A program made the position numbers and the translations under genes. 64,000 nt of DNA. It comes from Candidatus Melainabacteria bacterium (lineage in GTDB: Bacteria > Cyanobacteriota > Vampirovibrionia > Vampirovibrionales > JAJTHC01). The notes under the pieces were generated by a model. The model worked only from the letters and a program-made list of their open reading frames with translations, was not told the origin of the DNA and searched no databases. The stretch covers positions 148,413-212,412 of the forward strand of contig JANRKP010000029.1 in the NCBI GenBank assembly GCA_033763415.1. The letters run 5' to 3'. This document shows positions 1 to 10,459 of the stretch, one piece after another; position 1 is the first letter of the stretch, and each line of letters opens with the position of its first letter.

Positions 1-70
1 TGTCTTTATCCGTAGGGTTTGTATAAAATGGAGTGCGGTAAGCAGTGTGCTGGAAAGGCAGTTTTGAGAA

Positions 71-775
71 ATGCTCAATCAGATCCGCGGTGGGCTGGTG
101 GTATCGGTACAGGCAGATGGGGCCGAGCCCTTGAATCAGCCCGATATCTTAACAGCGTTAGCTCAATCGGTTGTCTCTGGCGGCGCGATGGCTTTACGCC
201 TGGCCCAACCTCACAACATTAGGGCCATTCGTGCGGCGCTACCAAGCATTCCCCTAATTGGCCTAACCAAGCCAGAGCCTTTGCCCACACAGGCTTACGG
301 GCAGGTGTATATTACGCCCGGTTGGCCAGAGATGGAGTCTTTAGTTGCAGCAGGGGCAGAAATGATTGCAATGGATGCAACGGCTCGCCCGCGCCCGGGA
401 GGAGAGACGCTTGCCGTACTCGTTGAACGGTTCCGTAAGACGTACCCGCAGCACTGGCTGATGGCCGACGTGGACACGCTGGAAAACGGATTGAGCGCGG
501 CGGCGCTTGGCTTTGATTGCATTGGCACCACGCTGTCAGGGTATACGCCAGAAACGCTGAACCGAGACAATGGCCTGCCCGACTGGGATCTGTTGCGCCG
601 TTTGCGAGAGCGCGTTTCGGTGCCCATCTTGCTGGAAGGACGCGTTTGGGAACCAAGCCAGGTGGCCTATGCGTTTGAGCAAGGCGCCCATGCCGTGGTG
701 GTGGGCTCTGCCATTACTCGCCCCCAACTCATTACACGGCGCTTTGCCCAGCAGGCGTTAGCTGGGGGTGGGTGA
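71..775 (+). CDS. nanE: putative N-acetylmannosamine-6-phosphate 2-epimerase (NanE family)
   Basis: 234 aa. The N-terminus 'IRGGLVVSVQA' and the (beta/alpha) barrel-like pattern, with conserved Gly-rich segments typical of the NanE family, support the call. The start codon is preceded by 'gagaa'. Confidence 0.65.
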   Translation: MLNQIRGGLVVSVQADGAEPLNQPDILTALAQSVVSGGAMALRLAQPHNIRAIRAALPSIPLIGLTKPEPLPTQAYGQVYITPGWPEMESLVAAGAEMIAMDATARPRPGGETLAVLVERFRKTYPQHWLMADVDTLENGLSAAALGFDCIGTTLSGYTPETLNRDNGLPDWDLLRRLRERVSVPILLEGRVWEPSQVAYAFEQGAHAVVVGSAITRPQLITRRFAQQALAGGG

Positions 776-838
776 TGTCCTCTATTAAGTTTTCCAAACC
801 GCTTGAAGGATTTGCATTAGGAATCAACGCGCCTTTTC

Positions 839-934
839 TCTATAATGAGCGGCTGCCAACAGTGGCAAGCGTCTACTTTGGACAAGAGTCGCCGCGCCGC
901 TTTTTTTAAGCCTATACAGAAAGGACCTGCCCGA
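839..934 (+). promoter_or_regulatory. metK leader: TATAAT -10 box, small hairpin and GC-rich run followed by T7 tract (possible attenuator or riboswitch-like element)
   Basis: TATAAT at 839..844. Hairpin tgcca-acag-tggca at 854..867. 'gccgcgccgc' followed by ttttttt at 891..907, about 28 nt before the metK ATG at 935. RBS aaagga at 920..925. Confidence 0.3.
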
Positions 935-2221
935 ATGGCCACATCACGCTACCTGTTTACCTCCGAATCGGTTACGGAAGGTCACCCAGACAAGGTTTGC
1001 GATCAGATTTCCGATGCCATTTTGGATGCGTTTTTAATGCGCGACCCCAAAGCCCGCGTGGCGGCAGAAACCCTGGCAACGACGGGAATGGTGCTGGTTA
1101 CCGGAGAAATCACCTCTTCAACCTACGTGGACATTCCGGGAATTGCCCGCCAGGTCATTGAAGACATTGGCTATGTGGGTGAAAAAGGCGGTGGCTTTGA
1201 CGGAAGAACCTGTGGTGTCCTCACGAGCATTGACGAACAGTCTGCCGATATTGCCGGAGGCGTCAATCAGGCTAAAGAAGTGCGAGATCAGTTGACCAGT
1301 GACGAGATTGATCAAATTGGCGCCGGTGATCAAGGCATTATGTTTGGCTATGCCTGTAATGAAACCGACGCGTTGATGCCGCTGCCCATTCAGTTGGCCC
1401 ACGCGTTGGTGCATCGCCTGGCGGAAGTTCGTAAAAAAGGAATTTTGGGCTACCTGCGCCCGGATGGAAAGTCTCAGGTAACAGTGGAGTACGTCGCCGG
1501 TCGTCCATCTCGCATTGATACCATCGTGATCAGCACCCAACACGATCCAGAAATTCCCGGTTGCGCGGACAATGAGGCTGTTCAGGCCCGAATTGCGGCA
1601 GATCTTCATCAGCAGGTAATTTTGCCTGTTTTTCAAGGCTATGCCGTACAGCCCGATGCGCAGACACGCCTGTTGATTAACCCAAGTGGCCGGTTTGTGA
1701 TTGGGGGCCCTCAGGGCGATTGCGGTTTAACGGGCCGTAAAATCATTGTGGATACCTACGGTGGGTACTCTCGCCACGGTGGCGGTGCGTTTAGCGGCAA
1801 AGACCCTACCAAGGTAGACCGTTCTGCAGCGTATGCAGCCCGTTATGTGGCCAAAAACATTGTCGCCTCTGGGTTGGCGGATCGGTGTGAAGTGCAAATT
1901 GGTTATGCAATTGGGGTTGCACGCCCTGTATCGGTCAACATTAATACCTTTGGGACAGCCTCTTTGACGGATGACGAGATTGCCGAGCTGGTGAACCAAC
2001 ATTTTGACCTGCGCCCGGCGGCCATTATTCAGTCGTTTGATTTGACGGGCCTGCCAGCCCGGCGAAATGGCCGTTTCTACCGAGATTTGGCCGCTTACGG
2101 CCATGTGGGTCGTACCGATTTGAACTTGCCCTGGGAGCAAACGGACAAGGCGGAGCAGTTGCGTGAGGCATCGGCCCGTTTTTTCGGTCAAACTGAGCGC
2201 ACGATGGTTTCCGCTGGCTAG
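935..2221 (+). CDS. metK: S-adenosylmethionine synthetase
   Basis: Hallmark N-terminal motif '[25 protein letters not shown]', 'GAGDQG' and 'DTYGG' motifs. The track ORF 845..2221 is over-extended, and the likely ATG is at 935 (MATSRYLF...). Confidence 0.95.
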   Translation: MATSRYLFTSESVTEGHPDKVCDQISDAILDAFLMRDPKARVAAETLATTGMVLVTGEITSSTYVDIPGIARQVIEDIGYVGEKGGGFDGRTCGVLTSIDEQSADIAGGVNQAKEVRDQLTSDEIDQIGAGDQGIMFGYACNETDALMPLPIQLAHALVHRLAEVRKKGILGYLRPDGKSQVTVEYVAGRPSRIDTIVISTQHDPEIPGCADNEAVQARIAADLHQQVILPVFQGYAVQPDAQTRLLINPSGRFVIGGPQGDCGLTGRKIIVDTYGGYSRHGGGAFSGKDPTKVDRSAAYAARYVAKNIVASGLADRCEVQIGYAIGVARPVSVNINTFGTASLTDDEIAELVNQHFDLRPAAIIQSFDLTGLPARRNGRFYRDLAAYGHVGRTDLNLPWEQTDKAEQLREASARFFGQTERTMVSAG

Positions 2222-2599
2222 GGCTGCGGAAAAATTGTTCGTTCATTGCCCCTTCGTTCATTGTTGTGTTCGCGTATTGGCCTTGTTTGCGTATCGCCTA
2301 AGTAGCCTGGCCCTTTACGTGTCGGGCATTAGGATGGCGGGATGCCCAGCCACATTTCTCGTCTGACGGAGCATTCTTCTTGTTGAGCGTTGTCATTGAC
2401 GCCACCCGGACGCCCACCTAAGATCATGATTGGATAGGCTTTTTTATGTCAGGGTTTCTGCCGAACAAGGTCTTATTCTGGGCTTGCCCCTTCTCAAGCG
2501 CCCGCTTGTTTGTTACAGTATAAATAAGTTATACCTTTTTAAGGTATTCTGGATGTGTCCTTGACGATTCATCACACCCGCGCAGCCGAGGCAAACGCT

Positions 2600-3949
2600 A
2601 TGCACCTGGTGGTGGCTGGACTTCGATATAAAACAGCAACCATAGATATTCGTGAGCAGGTGGCTTTCTCCGAATCGGAGGTAGCTCAGGCGTTGCCACG
2701 GATTCGTTTGCTGCCGGGGGTGCGAGAGTGCGCCTTGCTGACCACCTGTAATCGCACGGAATGCTATATGGTGTGCGATGATCCACTGCTGGCCGTGCAG
2801 TCGCTGAAGTTGTTTTTGTCTCAGGACAAAGGCTTTGACGTGCAACGGCACCGCCGGGCGTTTTTTACACTAATGTACGAAGATGCGGTTTTACACCTGT
2901 TTCGCGTGGCCTCGGGGCTGGACAGTTTAATTTTGGGCGAAGGGCAAATTTTAGCCCAGGTAAAAGAGGCTTGGCAGTTGGCCCAGCGCTCGAAAACACA
3001 GGGTATTTTACTTGATCGACTCTTTCAGTGTGCCGTAACGGTGGGCAAGCGGGTTCGTAGCGAAACGGGCATTGCCCAACGAGACGCCAGCGTGAGTCAA
3101 GCGGCTTTGTCCTTTGTCATGCAGCGTCTTCCCAATTTTCATCAGCAGACCATTGCCGTTATTGGCGGTGGTAAAATGGCCGAAATCTTGCTGGAAGAAC
3201 TGATTTGCCAGTTAAGCCCCCCGCAGAAAGAGCAGCTTATGCTGGTGAACCGCAGCGAAGCCCGCCTGCAAGAGCTAACAGCCAAGTACGGAGTTCGTGG
3301 AGCGGGATGGGCTGAAATTGACGCCGTACTTGCAAAAGCAACCGTCGTGTTTGTGGCAACCGGTGCCCCGCATATCATTTTAAGTGCGGCGCGGCTCCAG
3401 CAGGCAGGGGTGTGCACCCGAGAAGAGTCGCCGCTGACGATTGTGGATATTTCCGTGCCTCGCAACGTGGAGCCGGAGGCGGCCCATTTGCCCGGAGTTC
3501 AGTTGTACAACACAGACAGCCTAGCCGAGCTGGATCAAGGCCTCGACGCCCTGTCTGCCGGATTGCCGCCCGGCACGCTGCTTCACGTAGACCGTATTTT
3601 AGAAGAAGAGTACAAGGCGTTTCATCATTGGCAGATTGGTCAGCCTGCCCGCGACGCCATTACACGCCTACGGGCGAAGGTGGAAGATATTCGCCAGCAC
3701 GAGGCAGCCTCATATACCGACGCGGGAACGTGCCCGCCGAGTATTTCCGGCTACGATCAGCTAATTGAGCAGGTTTCTCGCAGTTTAGTCAATAAAATCC
3801 TGCACGAGCCCACGGTTCGCCTGAAGGAGACAGGGCGTTACCCGGAAGAAGTGCAGCATTATGCCGCGTTTTTAGCCTATTTGTTTGATGCAGAGGCTCA
3901 ACAGCCGTTGCCGCGTCGGCTTCCCCTGCTGCAAGTTCGTTTGAACTAG
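2600..3949 (+). CDS. hemA: glutamyl-tRNA reductase
   Basis: 'MHLVVAGLRYKTATIDIREQVAF' and the catalytic 'LLTTCNRTECY' Cys motif are present, followed by a NADPH-binding Rossmann segment 'IAVIGGGKMAE'. The start is trimmed to the internal Met at 2600. Confidence 0.9.
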   Translation: MHLVVAGLRYKTATIDIREQVAFSESEVAQALPRIRLLPGVRECALLTTCNRTECYMVCDDPLLAVQSLKLFLSQDKGFDVQRHRRAFFTLMYEDAVLHLFRVASGLDSLILGEGQILAQVKEAWQLAQRSKTQGILLDRLFQCAVTVGKRVRSETGIAQRDASVSQAALSFVMQRLPNFHQQTIAVIGGGKMAEILLEELICQLSPPQKEQLMLVNRSEARLQELTAKYGVRGAGWAEIDAVLAKATVVFVATGAPHIILSAARLQQAGVCTREESPLTIVDISVPRNVEPEAAHLPGVQLYNTDSLAELDQGLDALSAGLPPGTLLHVDRILEEEYKAFHHWQIGQPARDAITRLRAKVEDIRQHEAASYTDAGTCPPSISGYDQLIEQVSRSLVNKILHEPTVRLKETGRYPEEVQHYAAFLAYLFDAEAQQPLPRRLPLLQVRLN

Positions 3950-3968
3950 GGGAATTGGAGTCGCCATT

Positions 3969-4973
3969 GTGTCGTCCTCAGCAGATGGACTTCGTCTCGG
4001 AACGCGAGACAGCGAACTGGCGCTTTATCAGGCCAGGATGGTGGCGGCTTTGCTTCAGGCCAAAGATCCGACCCTGAACGTGGAGTTGGTTGCCTATAAA
4101 ACGCAAGGCGATCGCTTTTTGGACGCCTCTTTTGTGCAGTTAAGTCGGCAAGGAATGACCGGCGTATTCGTCAAAGAACTAGAGCAGGCGCTTCTCTCCG
4201 GTGAGATTGACCTGGCAGTGCACAGTATGAAAGATATGCCCAGCCAACTGCCAGAAGGCCTAACCACCCACAGTATTGGCTTTCGAGAAGATCCGAGAGA
4301 TGTGTTACTGTTGCCCGACGGAAAAATGATAGGCAACATGCAAGAGTTGCCCTCTGGCAGTCGGATAGGAACCTCTTCCGCTAGACGAGTAGCCCAGTTG
4401 AAGCGTCTTTCGCCAAACTGGCAGTTTGAAGCCATTCGTGGAAACCTGCAAACACGCCTGCGAAAGCTGGATGAGTCCGGCGGTTATGATGCCCTGGTGC
4501 TGGCGGCGGCTGGCGTGCATCGCCTGGGTTGGGAAAGCCGCATTGCCTGTTATCTCAATCCGTTTTCCACAATGGTGCCCGCACCGGCCCAGGGTATTGT
4601 GGCGGTGGAATACCGAACCGACAATACCCAACTGGCAAAGCGCTTGTCCGCCTGCCAAGTGCCTGCCGTGGCAGTTATGGCTTATGTGGAGCGTTCCGTG
4701 ATGCGGTTGGTGGAAGGGGGCTGCCAGTTACCGCTGGGGGTGTTTGCCCATTGGCCTGTTGAGGACGACACTTTTTCTCCCTGGAATGCCTGTTTGGGAC
4801 AAATAAACACACAGACGCCACTTCAGGTGACGGCGTGCCTGCTCTCTCCTGATGGACAGCATTACCGCGAAGCGAAAACGGCCTGTTGGGTAGAACCGGC
4901 AGACACTTTGGAGGAGTCGTGTGAACGTCTCTGGCCGGTTGTCCAAAGTCTTGCCGCGCAACTTCGCGCCTGA
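3969..4973 (+). CDS. hemC: porphobilinogen deaminase (hydroxymethylbilane synthase)
   Basis: 'LRLGTRDSELALYQA...YKTQGDRFLD' and the 'HSMKD' motif. GTG start 20 nt after the hemA stop, so it is probably co-transcribed. Confidence 0.9.
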   Translation: MSSSADGLRLGTRDSELALYQARMVAALLQAKDPTLNVELVAYKTQGDRFLDASFVQLSRQGMTGVFVKELEQALLSGEIDLAVHSMKDMPSQLPEGLTTHSIGFREDPRDVLLLPDGKMIGNMQELPSGSRIGTSSARRVAQLKRLSPNWQFEAIRGNLQTRLRKLDESGGYDALVLAAAGVHRLGWESRIACYLNPFSTMVPAPAQGIVAVEYRTDNTQLAKRLSACQVPAVAVMAYVERSVMRLVEGGCQLPLGVFAHWPVEDDTFSPWNACLGQINTQTPLQVTACLLSPDGQHYREAKTACWVEPADTLEESCERLWPVVQSLAAQLRA

Positions 4974-4980
4974 GACGGCT

Positions 4981-6213
4981 TTACATGTTTTCGTAAATGC
5001 TAAACAAGGGTAGGTAAATAGACAGAGCCAGCACGGCAACCATAAGGCCCAGGACCACCAGCATAATGGGTTCCAGCATGGCGGTAAGCACTTCAACCCG
5101 CTGGTTAATTTCTTCTTCCAGGTATTCGAATGCGTTTTCCATCATTTTTTCCAGCTCCCCGGACTCTTCGCCGGTGGAGATCATTAACAAGACGAGATCC
5201 GGCACCATTTTGGTACTGGCCATGGCAATGGCCAAACGTTGGCCTGCCTGAATTTGCACGTTCACCTGGCGGTAAGCCGCCTTTACCACAGAATTTTGAA
5301 TGGTTTCCGCCGATAGATAGAGCGCTTCCACAATGGGAATACCGGCTGAAAACGAGACATGGAACGTGGAAATAAACTGGGAGTTGGCAATAAATTTGGT
5401 CAGTTCATCCAGCACCGGAATTTTAAGGAATGCGCGGTCGAGCAAGGCTGTGCCCTGGGGCGATTTAACGTATTTTAACAACCCGTAAATGGAAAAACCC
5501 AGTGCCGGAAAAAACACAAACCAAAAACCCCGCATAAAGTTGCTAATGGCCACCATAATTTGGGTAATCAAGGGGAGTTCAATACCCATTTTTTCGTACA
5601 CATCCACAAAGGTGGGAATGACCAGCAGAAACATGACCAACATGACCAGGCCCATAATACACATAACGATGGCCGGATAGATGGAGGCGGAAATGACTTT
5701 GCCCTTTAGCTTTTCCGACTTGGTGAGCAGGTCCGTCATTCGGTTCATGGTGGCGTCTAATTCGCCACTGGCCTCCCCGGCGCGTGTCACGTTGACGTAA
5801 ACATCGCTAAAGACTTTGGGGTGTTTGGCCAAGGCGTTGCTCATGGAAACCCCGGCCAGGATGTCTCGGCGAATTTGCCCAATAATGGCTTTAAACTTGG
5901 GGTTGTCCATATAGGTTTCAAAGTACATTAGGGCTTCCGTTACCGGAATGCCGGTCTTGAACATCATGCTCATGTTGCGGGTAAAGGTAATCAGCTCCTT
6001 AGAACCCACCCCACTGAACAGTTGCATGACGATTTTAATGGGGTTTTTGCTTCTAACCTGGTTGGGATCGGTGGTTACGACCTTAAGCTGGGTGGGCACC
6101 AACTCCTGTTCGCGCAGCATTTCTCGGGCTTCGCGTTCCGTGTTGGCGTTAATCACGCCACTCACCCGGCTGCGATCCGACATTTTAAGGGCGTTGTACT
6201 GATAGGTTGGCAT
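4981..6213 (-). CDS. type II secretion / type IV pilus inner-membrane platform protein (GspF/PilC family)
   Basis: Two GspF-domain repeats with 3 TM segments. The N-terminus 'MPTYQYNALK' is typical of PilC/GspF. The track ORF is over-extended by 15 codons. The gene is convergent with hemC. Confidence 0.88.
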   Translation of the reverse strand: MPTYQYNALKMSDRSRVSGVINANTEREAREMLREQELVPTQLKVVTTDPNQVRSKNPIKIVMQLFSGVGSKELITFTRNMSMMFKTGIPVTEALMYFETYMDNPKFKAIIGQIRRDILAGVSMSNALAKHPKVFSDVYVNVTRAGEASGELDATMNRMTDLLTKSEKLKGKVISASIYPAIVMCIMGLVMLVMFLLVIPTFVDVYEKMGIELPLITQIMVAISNFMRGFWFVFFPALGFSIYGLLKYVKSPQGTALLDRAFLKIPVLDELTKFIANSQFISTFHVSFSAGIPIVEALYLSAETIQNSVVKAAYRQVNVQIQAGQRLAIAMASTKMVPDLVLLMISTGEESGELEKMMENAFEYLEEEINQRVEVLTAMLEPIMLVVLGLMVAVLALSIYLPLFSIYENM

Positions 6214-6275
6214 ACCGTTTTGGCTCCGTGCGGTCTTTTTTTTCCGCTTTGAAAACAACGATTAGGGGGCTGCTA

Positions 6276-8054
6276 CTATCCGCCCAGGCTGACACCCATG
6301 ACCCGAATCACTTCATCGAGCGTGCTTTCTCCCAGCAGTACCTTTTCTCGGCCCCGCATGGCCAGTGTCTTCATGCCCGAAGAAATGGCGGCGTCCTCAA
6401 TTTCTAAGTCCGAACTGCTGTTGGTAATAAGCTGCTGAATTTCTCGATCCACCATTAAGATCTCGTACAAACCAATCCGGCCTAAATACCCGGTGTTGTT
6501 GCACATATCGCAGCCTCGGCCTCGGTGTAATGCAAGCTCTTGCTGCTGGCGGTTTTCGTCGTACGGAAACAGAATTTTCTTCTCCGCGGCGGTGGCCTTG
6601 TAAGGGGCTTTGCAGTGGGGGCAAACGCTTCGGATGAGTCGTTGCGCCACAACGCCCTTTAGGGCAGAAGCAATCAGGCTGGTAGAAGCCCCCATTTCGA
6701 TCATTCGGGTAATGGTGGCTGCTGTGCTGTTGCTGTGAATGGTGCTAAACACCAGGTGGCCTGTTAACGCCGCGTGAATGGCGGCTTCCAGGGTTTCATA
6801 GTCTCTAATTTCACCCACCATAATGACGTCTGGATCTTGTCTCAGCAAGGCCCGAAGACTGGTGGCGAATGTAAAATCGGCTTTGGGGTTTACCTGCGAT
6901 TGGTTGAGGCCTTCAATCGTTAATTCCACCGGGTCTTCCACGGTGGAAATGTTGGTCAGATCGTTATTAATTTTGTGGAGAATGGTGTACAGCGTGGTGG
7001 TTTTACCGGAACCCGTGGGACCACACACCAGCATAATGCCATAGGGAGACTTGTAGAGCGTTTCCAGCTTTTGAATGTCGTCGGCGTTAAAGCCCAGTTC
7101 GGGAAAATCGGTAATGTTTTTAGAAGGCCGTAAAATCCGAATAACGATTTTTTCCCGGTTCCCGGCCACGGGTAACGTGTTGACCCGCAGGTTGTATTCG
7201 CTGTTTTTGTACTTAATGCTAATCCGTCCATCTTGCGGACGACGGTGATCGGCAATATCCATTTGCGCCATCACTTTAATACGGGTCACGAAGCTCGATT
7301 CCATGTTTTGAGGAATGTCGAGCAGGTGTTTTAAAATGCCATCCACCCGAAAGCGCACCACGTACTTGTTACGCCGGGGCTCCACGTGAATATCACTGGC
7401 ATTGGCCTCAATACCCTCTTGAATAATGGAGTTAACCAGCTTAACCAACGGGTTGGACTGATCCGAGGCTTCGGCCTCCTGCCGCTGCTTGAGGCGGCTT
7501 TCTTCTTCTGAGGATCCCATGCCGGACTCTTGGGCCGTCGTCATGGATTCCAGCAGGTTGCTGGCCGCGCTGTCGTTGAGGTGCTTTTGGCAGAATTCTA
7601 AAAAGTCAAACTCGGTCGTTACCACCGCCTGGGGGCGCATGCCAGTAATAAAGGTAATTTCGTCAAAGGTGGAACGATCGCTGGGATCCACCATCGCAAT
7701 GACCAGCCTGCCTCCCGCGTTACTGACGGGAATGACCTGCTTTTCGCGCATAAACTCTTCGGGCAGCAGATCGATGAGTCGGGGATCCAGCTTAATTTGG
7801 GCCAAGCCCACGTAATTCAGGTTGTAGAAGAGGCTTTTGGCCTTGGCAAAGTCGTCTCGGGTAAGTTTGGCCCGGCGTACCAGCACCACGCCCACGGGCT
7901 GATTAACCTTTTGTGCCTCTTCCAGGGCAATGCGCAAATCGTCTTCGGAAACCCACTTTTGCTCCAACAGCACATCGGCCAAGGAGCGACCCCCGGCGGC
8001 TTTAGATGGCATGTTAGAGAGATTGGCGGAACTCAAGGCAATGATGATCCCCAA
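6276..8054 (-). CDS. type II secretion / type IV pilus assembly ATPase (GspE/PilB family)
   Basis: N-terminal GspII/MshE_N-like domain, Walker A 'GPTGSGKTTTLY', Asp/His boxes, and a tetracysteine motif (CPHC...CDMC). The true start may be the internal Met at about 8012. Confidence 0.9.
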   Translation of the reverse strand: MGIIIALSSANLSNMPSKAAGGRSLADVLLEQKWVSEDDLRIALEEAQKVNQPVGVVLVRRAKLTRDDFAKAKSLFYNLNYVGLAQIKLDPRLIDLLPEEFMREKQVIPVSNAGGRLVIAMVDPSDRSTFDEITFITGMRPQAVVTTEFDFLEFCQKHLNDSAASNLLESMTTAQESGMGSSEEESRLKQRQEAEASDQSNPLVKLVNSIIQEGIEANASDIHVEPRRNKYVVRFRVDGILKHLLDIPQNMESSFVTRIKVMAQMDIADHRRPQDGRISIKYKNSEYNLRVNTLPVAGNREKIVIRILRPSKNITDFPELGFNADDIQKLETLYKSPYGIMLVCGPTGSGKTTTLYTILHKINNDLTNISTVEDPVELTIEGLNQSQVNPKADFTFATSLRALLRQDPDVIMVGEIRDYETLEAAIHAALTGHLVFSTIHSNSTAATITRMIEMGASTSLIASALKGVVAQRLIRSVCPHCKAPYKATAAEKKILFPYDENRQQQELALHRGRGCDMCNNTGYLGRIGLYEILMVDREIQQLITNSSSDLEIEDAAISSGMKTLAMRGREKVLLGESTLDEVIRVMGVSLGG

Positions 8055-8229
8055 CGACTTGTTTGACCCGCCAGTGGTGCGGGTTTAGATGAGAAAACAC
8101 AAAACATTTTCCGGCAGTACCCGGTAGGCCAATCGTCCGTCGTCACAAAGTGGCTGAGCCCAGTGATTACATGACGTATCGACCGTTGGGCCAAGGGGCT
8201 GAAGCTTTGGGTTGCAATGCGCATAGCCG

Positions 8230-10407
8230 TTATTTCAACACCTCTTTAAAGCCACCAAAAGGTTGGCTGGGTTGTTTGCGCTGAAGGGTGGCCGCGTTTT
8301 CTGCAGCAGAGGCTGCTTTACTTTCCTGCGGTGTTGAAGAATGAGGCTCTAGCGGAATGCGACTACGCGCCGAGGTGCTGGAAACAGTATGGGTGGCAAC
8401 GGCAGCGGCGGCAACACCGCCCGTTTGTCCAAAACGAGATGTTTTGGGGGCGCTGGGTTGTAAATAATTGGAAGCGGTTGGCTTGCCTGGAGCACCACTG
8501 GCACCAGCCCCAGAGTCGGGGAGGCTTTGTGGCACGGCGTGGGGTGGAACGTGTCCCTGGTTGGGGTTAATGTAATTGCCGGGCGCGCCCACGCTGGGGT
8601 TTTCAAAGTAGGTTACGGCGGGCTCTTTAATAATGTGCGGAGTGACCATCAGCACCAGTTCGGTACGGCCACGCTGATTGCCGTTAAGGCCGTTAGAGGC
8701 TTTGAACATGGCCCCTAAAATGGGTAAGTCCGAAAGGCCGGGGATTTTTCGCCAGTCCTGAATGTTGGTTTCCTGGAGCAGGCCGCCAATAATCAACGTT
8801 TGTCCGTCGTGGACGCGAACCCCACTAATCGTGACATTTCGCGTGGCAATCAGCGGGGTTTGTGTCACAGCGGGGGGTGTTCCGCCAGAAGCAATACCGG
8901 TCACCTGGCTGACATCGGGCCGAAGGTTTAGGGTCACGGAACCATCGTTGGTAATGGTGGGGGTAATGGTCAGGCTCACACCCACGTTTTGCTTTTCCAC
9001 CGTGGTGTTTAACGTGGTGGCCCCGGCGGCGTTGGTATCTTGGGTGGTGTTAAACGTGGCCACTTCTTCCGTAATGCTAATTTGAGACTGGGTGCCATCC
9101 AACGCCAGAATGGTGGGGTTGGCTAAAATTTTGGAGTTTCTTTCCGTAAGCGAATTTAAAATGGAAAACGTGTTGAGAATCGGTAAACCGGCGGGATCAA
9201 ACGCCCGGTTGTAGCTCAAAATATTGGTGGCCGTCGTGGAACTGGGAATGAGATCCAGGGTCCATTCTCCCAGGCGGATTTGGCCAATGTTGGGCTCAAA
9301 CCGTTTATTGGTGGTGGCACCCACTTCAACCAGGGCCACTTCAATGGAAACCTGGGGCCGTTTAACATCCACCTGTCGAATAATCTCGTTGGCCATGGCC
9401 AGTTGTTCGGCCGTACCCATTACGGTTACGGAAGACGAAATGGGGTCGGCAATAATGGTCATGCTACCGGCTATGAGGGTAATGGGTCCCTGGGCTTGTA
9501 CTCCTCCGGCGGCGCCACCCGCACCACCTGCCGCTCCAGCAGCCCCTCCGGCTCCTCCAGCAGCACCACCCGCACCACCAATGGAAGGGGTAAAGTGTGC
9601 CACCAGTGCGTTGGCAACATACATGGGCGTATTGTGATGAATGGCGTACGTTCTGCGGTTGCGCGGCAGATCCACTTCGTTGAGCGCTTTCATCACCAGA
9701 CGTATATCGGCCTCGGTTCCCATAATGAGTAGCGAATTACTTTCCGGGTCAAAGGAGGCCACTGCCTCCTTGCTACCGCCTGGGCGGGCCGCCTTAAACA
9801 GCGTTTGGTTAAATTGGTCCGCCACGGCGGCGGCACTGCGGTACAGTACCGGAATGGCCTTAAAGGTTTGGGTGTTGAGGTTTTTCTCTTCGGCCACCTT
9901 TTGCGCAGCCACAATGAGGGTATTTCCATCTTTGTAGTAGGTTAAATCCGAAACGGTAAAAATGTACTCCAGCGCCTTGTTAATGGAAACGTTTTGCACA
10001 TCGACGGTCAGTGTGCCCTCAACCGAAGAATCCAGCAGGATGTTGAACTTGCCCTGCTTGGCCAAAATGTTGAGGATGTCTCTGAGATCGGCATCTCTCA
10101 TACTCAACGATACCGTGCTGCCCCCTGCGGCAATTTCCAAGTTGCGGTTAACGCTAATTTGGCCCTTTACCTGAGGCTCCAGCGATTTGTAGTTGGGTGG
10201 GCCACCTGGCTGGCTGGCTGGCTTTTCCAAACGCGGCTGAAGGGATTCCTCAATGGGTAAGCCGTTCCCGCCCCCGGCGGCCCAAAGGCTCAGGCTTCCG
10301 GGGCTTAACAGGTAGACAGATGACAACGCCAGAGACAAGATCGTTTTTGAGCGCCATAAGGCACAGGGAACGTTCGGCAAGGGTAAAATGGTGTTTGGGT
10401 GGCGCAT
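8230..10407 (-). CDS. secretin (GspD/PilQ family) with internal Gly/Ala repeat linker and Pro/Ser-rich C-terminal tail
   Basis: Signal peptide after MRHPNT. N0/N1-like domains. Secretin core 'NPTILALDGTQSQISITEEV...LVLMVTPHIIK'. Track ORF over-extended, and the likely start is 10407. Confidence 0.85.
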   Translation of the reverse strand: MRHPNTILPLPNVPCALWRSKTILSLALSSVYLLSPGSLSLWAAGGGNGLPIEESLQPRLEKPASQPGGPPNYKSLEPQVKGQISVNRNLEIAAGGSTVSLSMRDADLRDILNILAKQGKFNILLDSSVEGTLTVDVQNVSINKALEYIFTVSDLTYYKDGNTLIVAAQKVAEEKNLNTQTFKAIPVLYRSAAAVADQFNQTLFKAARPGGSKEAVASFDPESNSLLIMGTEADIRLVMKALNEVDLPRNRRTYAIHHNTPMYVANALVAHFTPSIGGAGGAAGGAGGAAGAAGGAGGAAGGVQAQGPITLIAGSMTIIADPISSSVTVMGTAEQLAMANEIIRQVDVKRPQVSIEVALVEVGATTNKRFEPNIGQIRLGEWTLDLIPSSTTATNILSYNRAFDPAGLPILNTFSILNSLTERNSKILANPTILALDGTQSQISITEEVATFNTTQDTNAAGATTLNTTVEKQNVGVSLTITPTITNDGSVTLNLRPDVSQVTGIASGGTPPAVTQTPLIATRNVTISGVRVHDGQTLIIGGLLQETNIQDWRKIPGLSDLPILGAMFKASNGLNGNQRGRTELVLMVTPHIIKEPAVTYFENPSVGAPGNYINPNQGHVPPHAVPQSLPDSGAGASGAPGKPTASNYLQPSAPKTSRFGQTGGVAAAAVATHTVSSTSARSRIPLEPHSSTPQESKAASAAENAATLQRKQPSQPFGGFKEVLK
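9499..9579 (-). repeat. in-frame low-complexity coding repeat (Gly-Ala)n within secretin
   Basis: The nucleotide tract is ggn/gcn-rich and imperfectly tandem, encoding 'GGAGGAAGGAGGAAGAAGGAGGAAGG'. It is not a CRISPR array, because there are no spacers. Confidence 0.8.
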
Positions 10408-10459
10408 CGGGTGTTCTCTAATCAAAAACGGTGACTGACGGTAACAAATAGCTGAAGGT

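Noticed and set aside
1118-2191. Antisense ORFs inside metK (172 aa and 154 aa) and many similar antisense or out-of-frame ORFs throughout (e.g. 12312..12824, 13032..13421, 33817..34107, 36129..37433)
   Set aside because: These are typical long spurious ORFs in GC-rich DNA. They lie entirely within well-supported conserved genes on the opposite strand or in another frame.
8033-8224. 63-aa minus-strand ORF between the secretin and ATPase genes
   Set aside because: It overlaps the ATPase start region and has no RBS or conserved features. It is most likely non-coding intergenic sequence.
9499-9579. Short tandem nucleotide repeat (ggn/gcn) that could be mistaken for a CRISPR or VNTR array
   Set aside because: It is in-frame inside the secretin gene and encodes a Gly/Ala linker. 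There are no spacer-repeat units and no cas genes.
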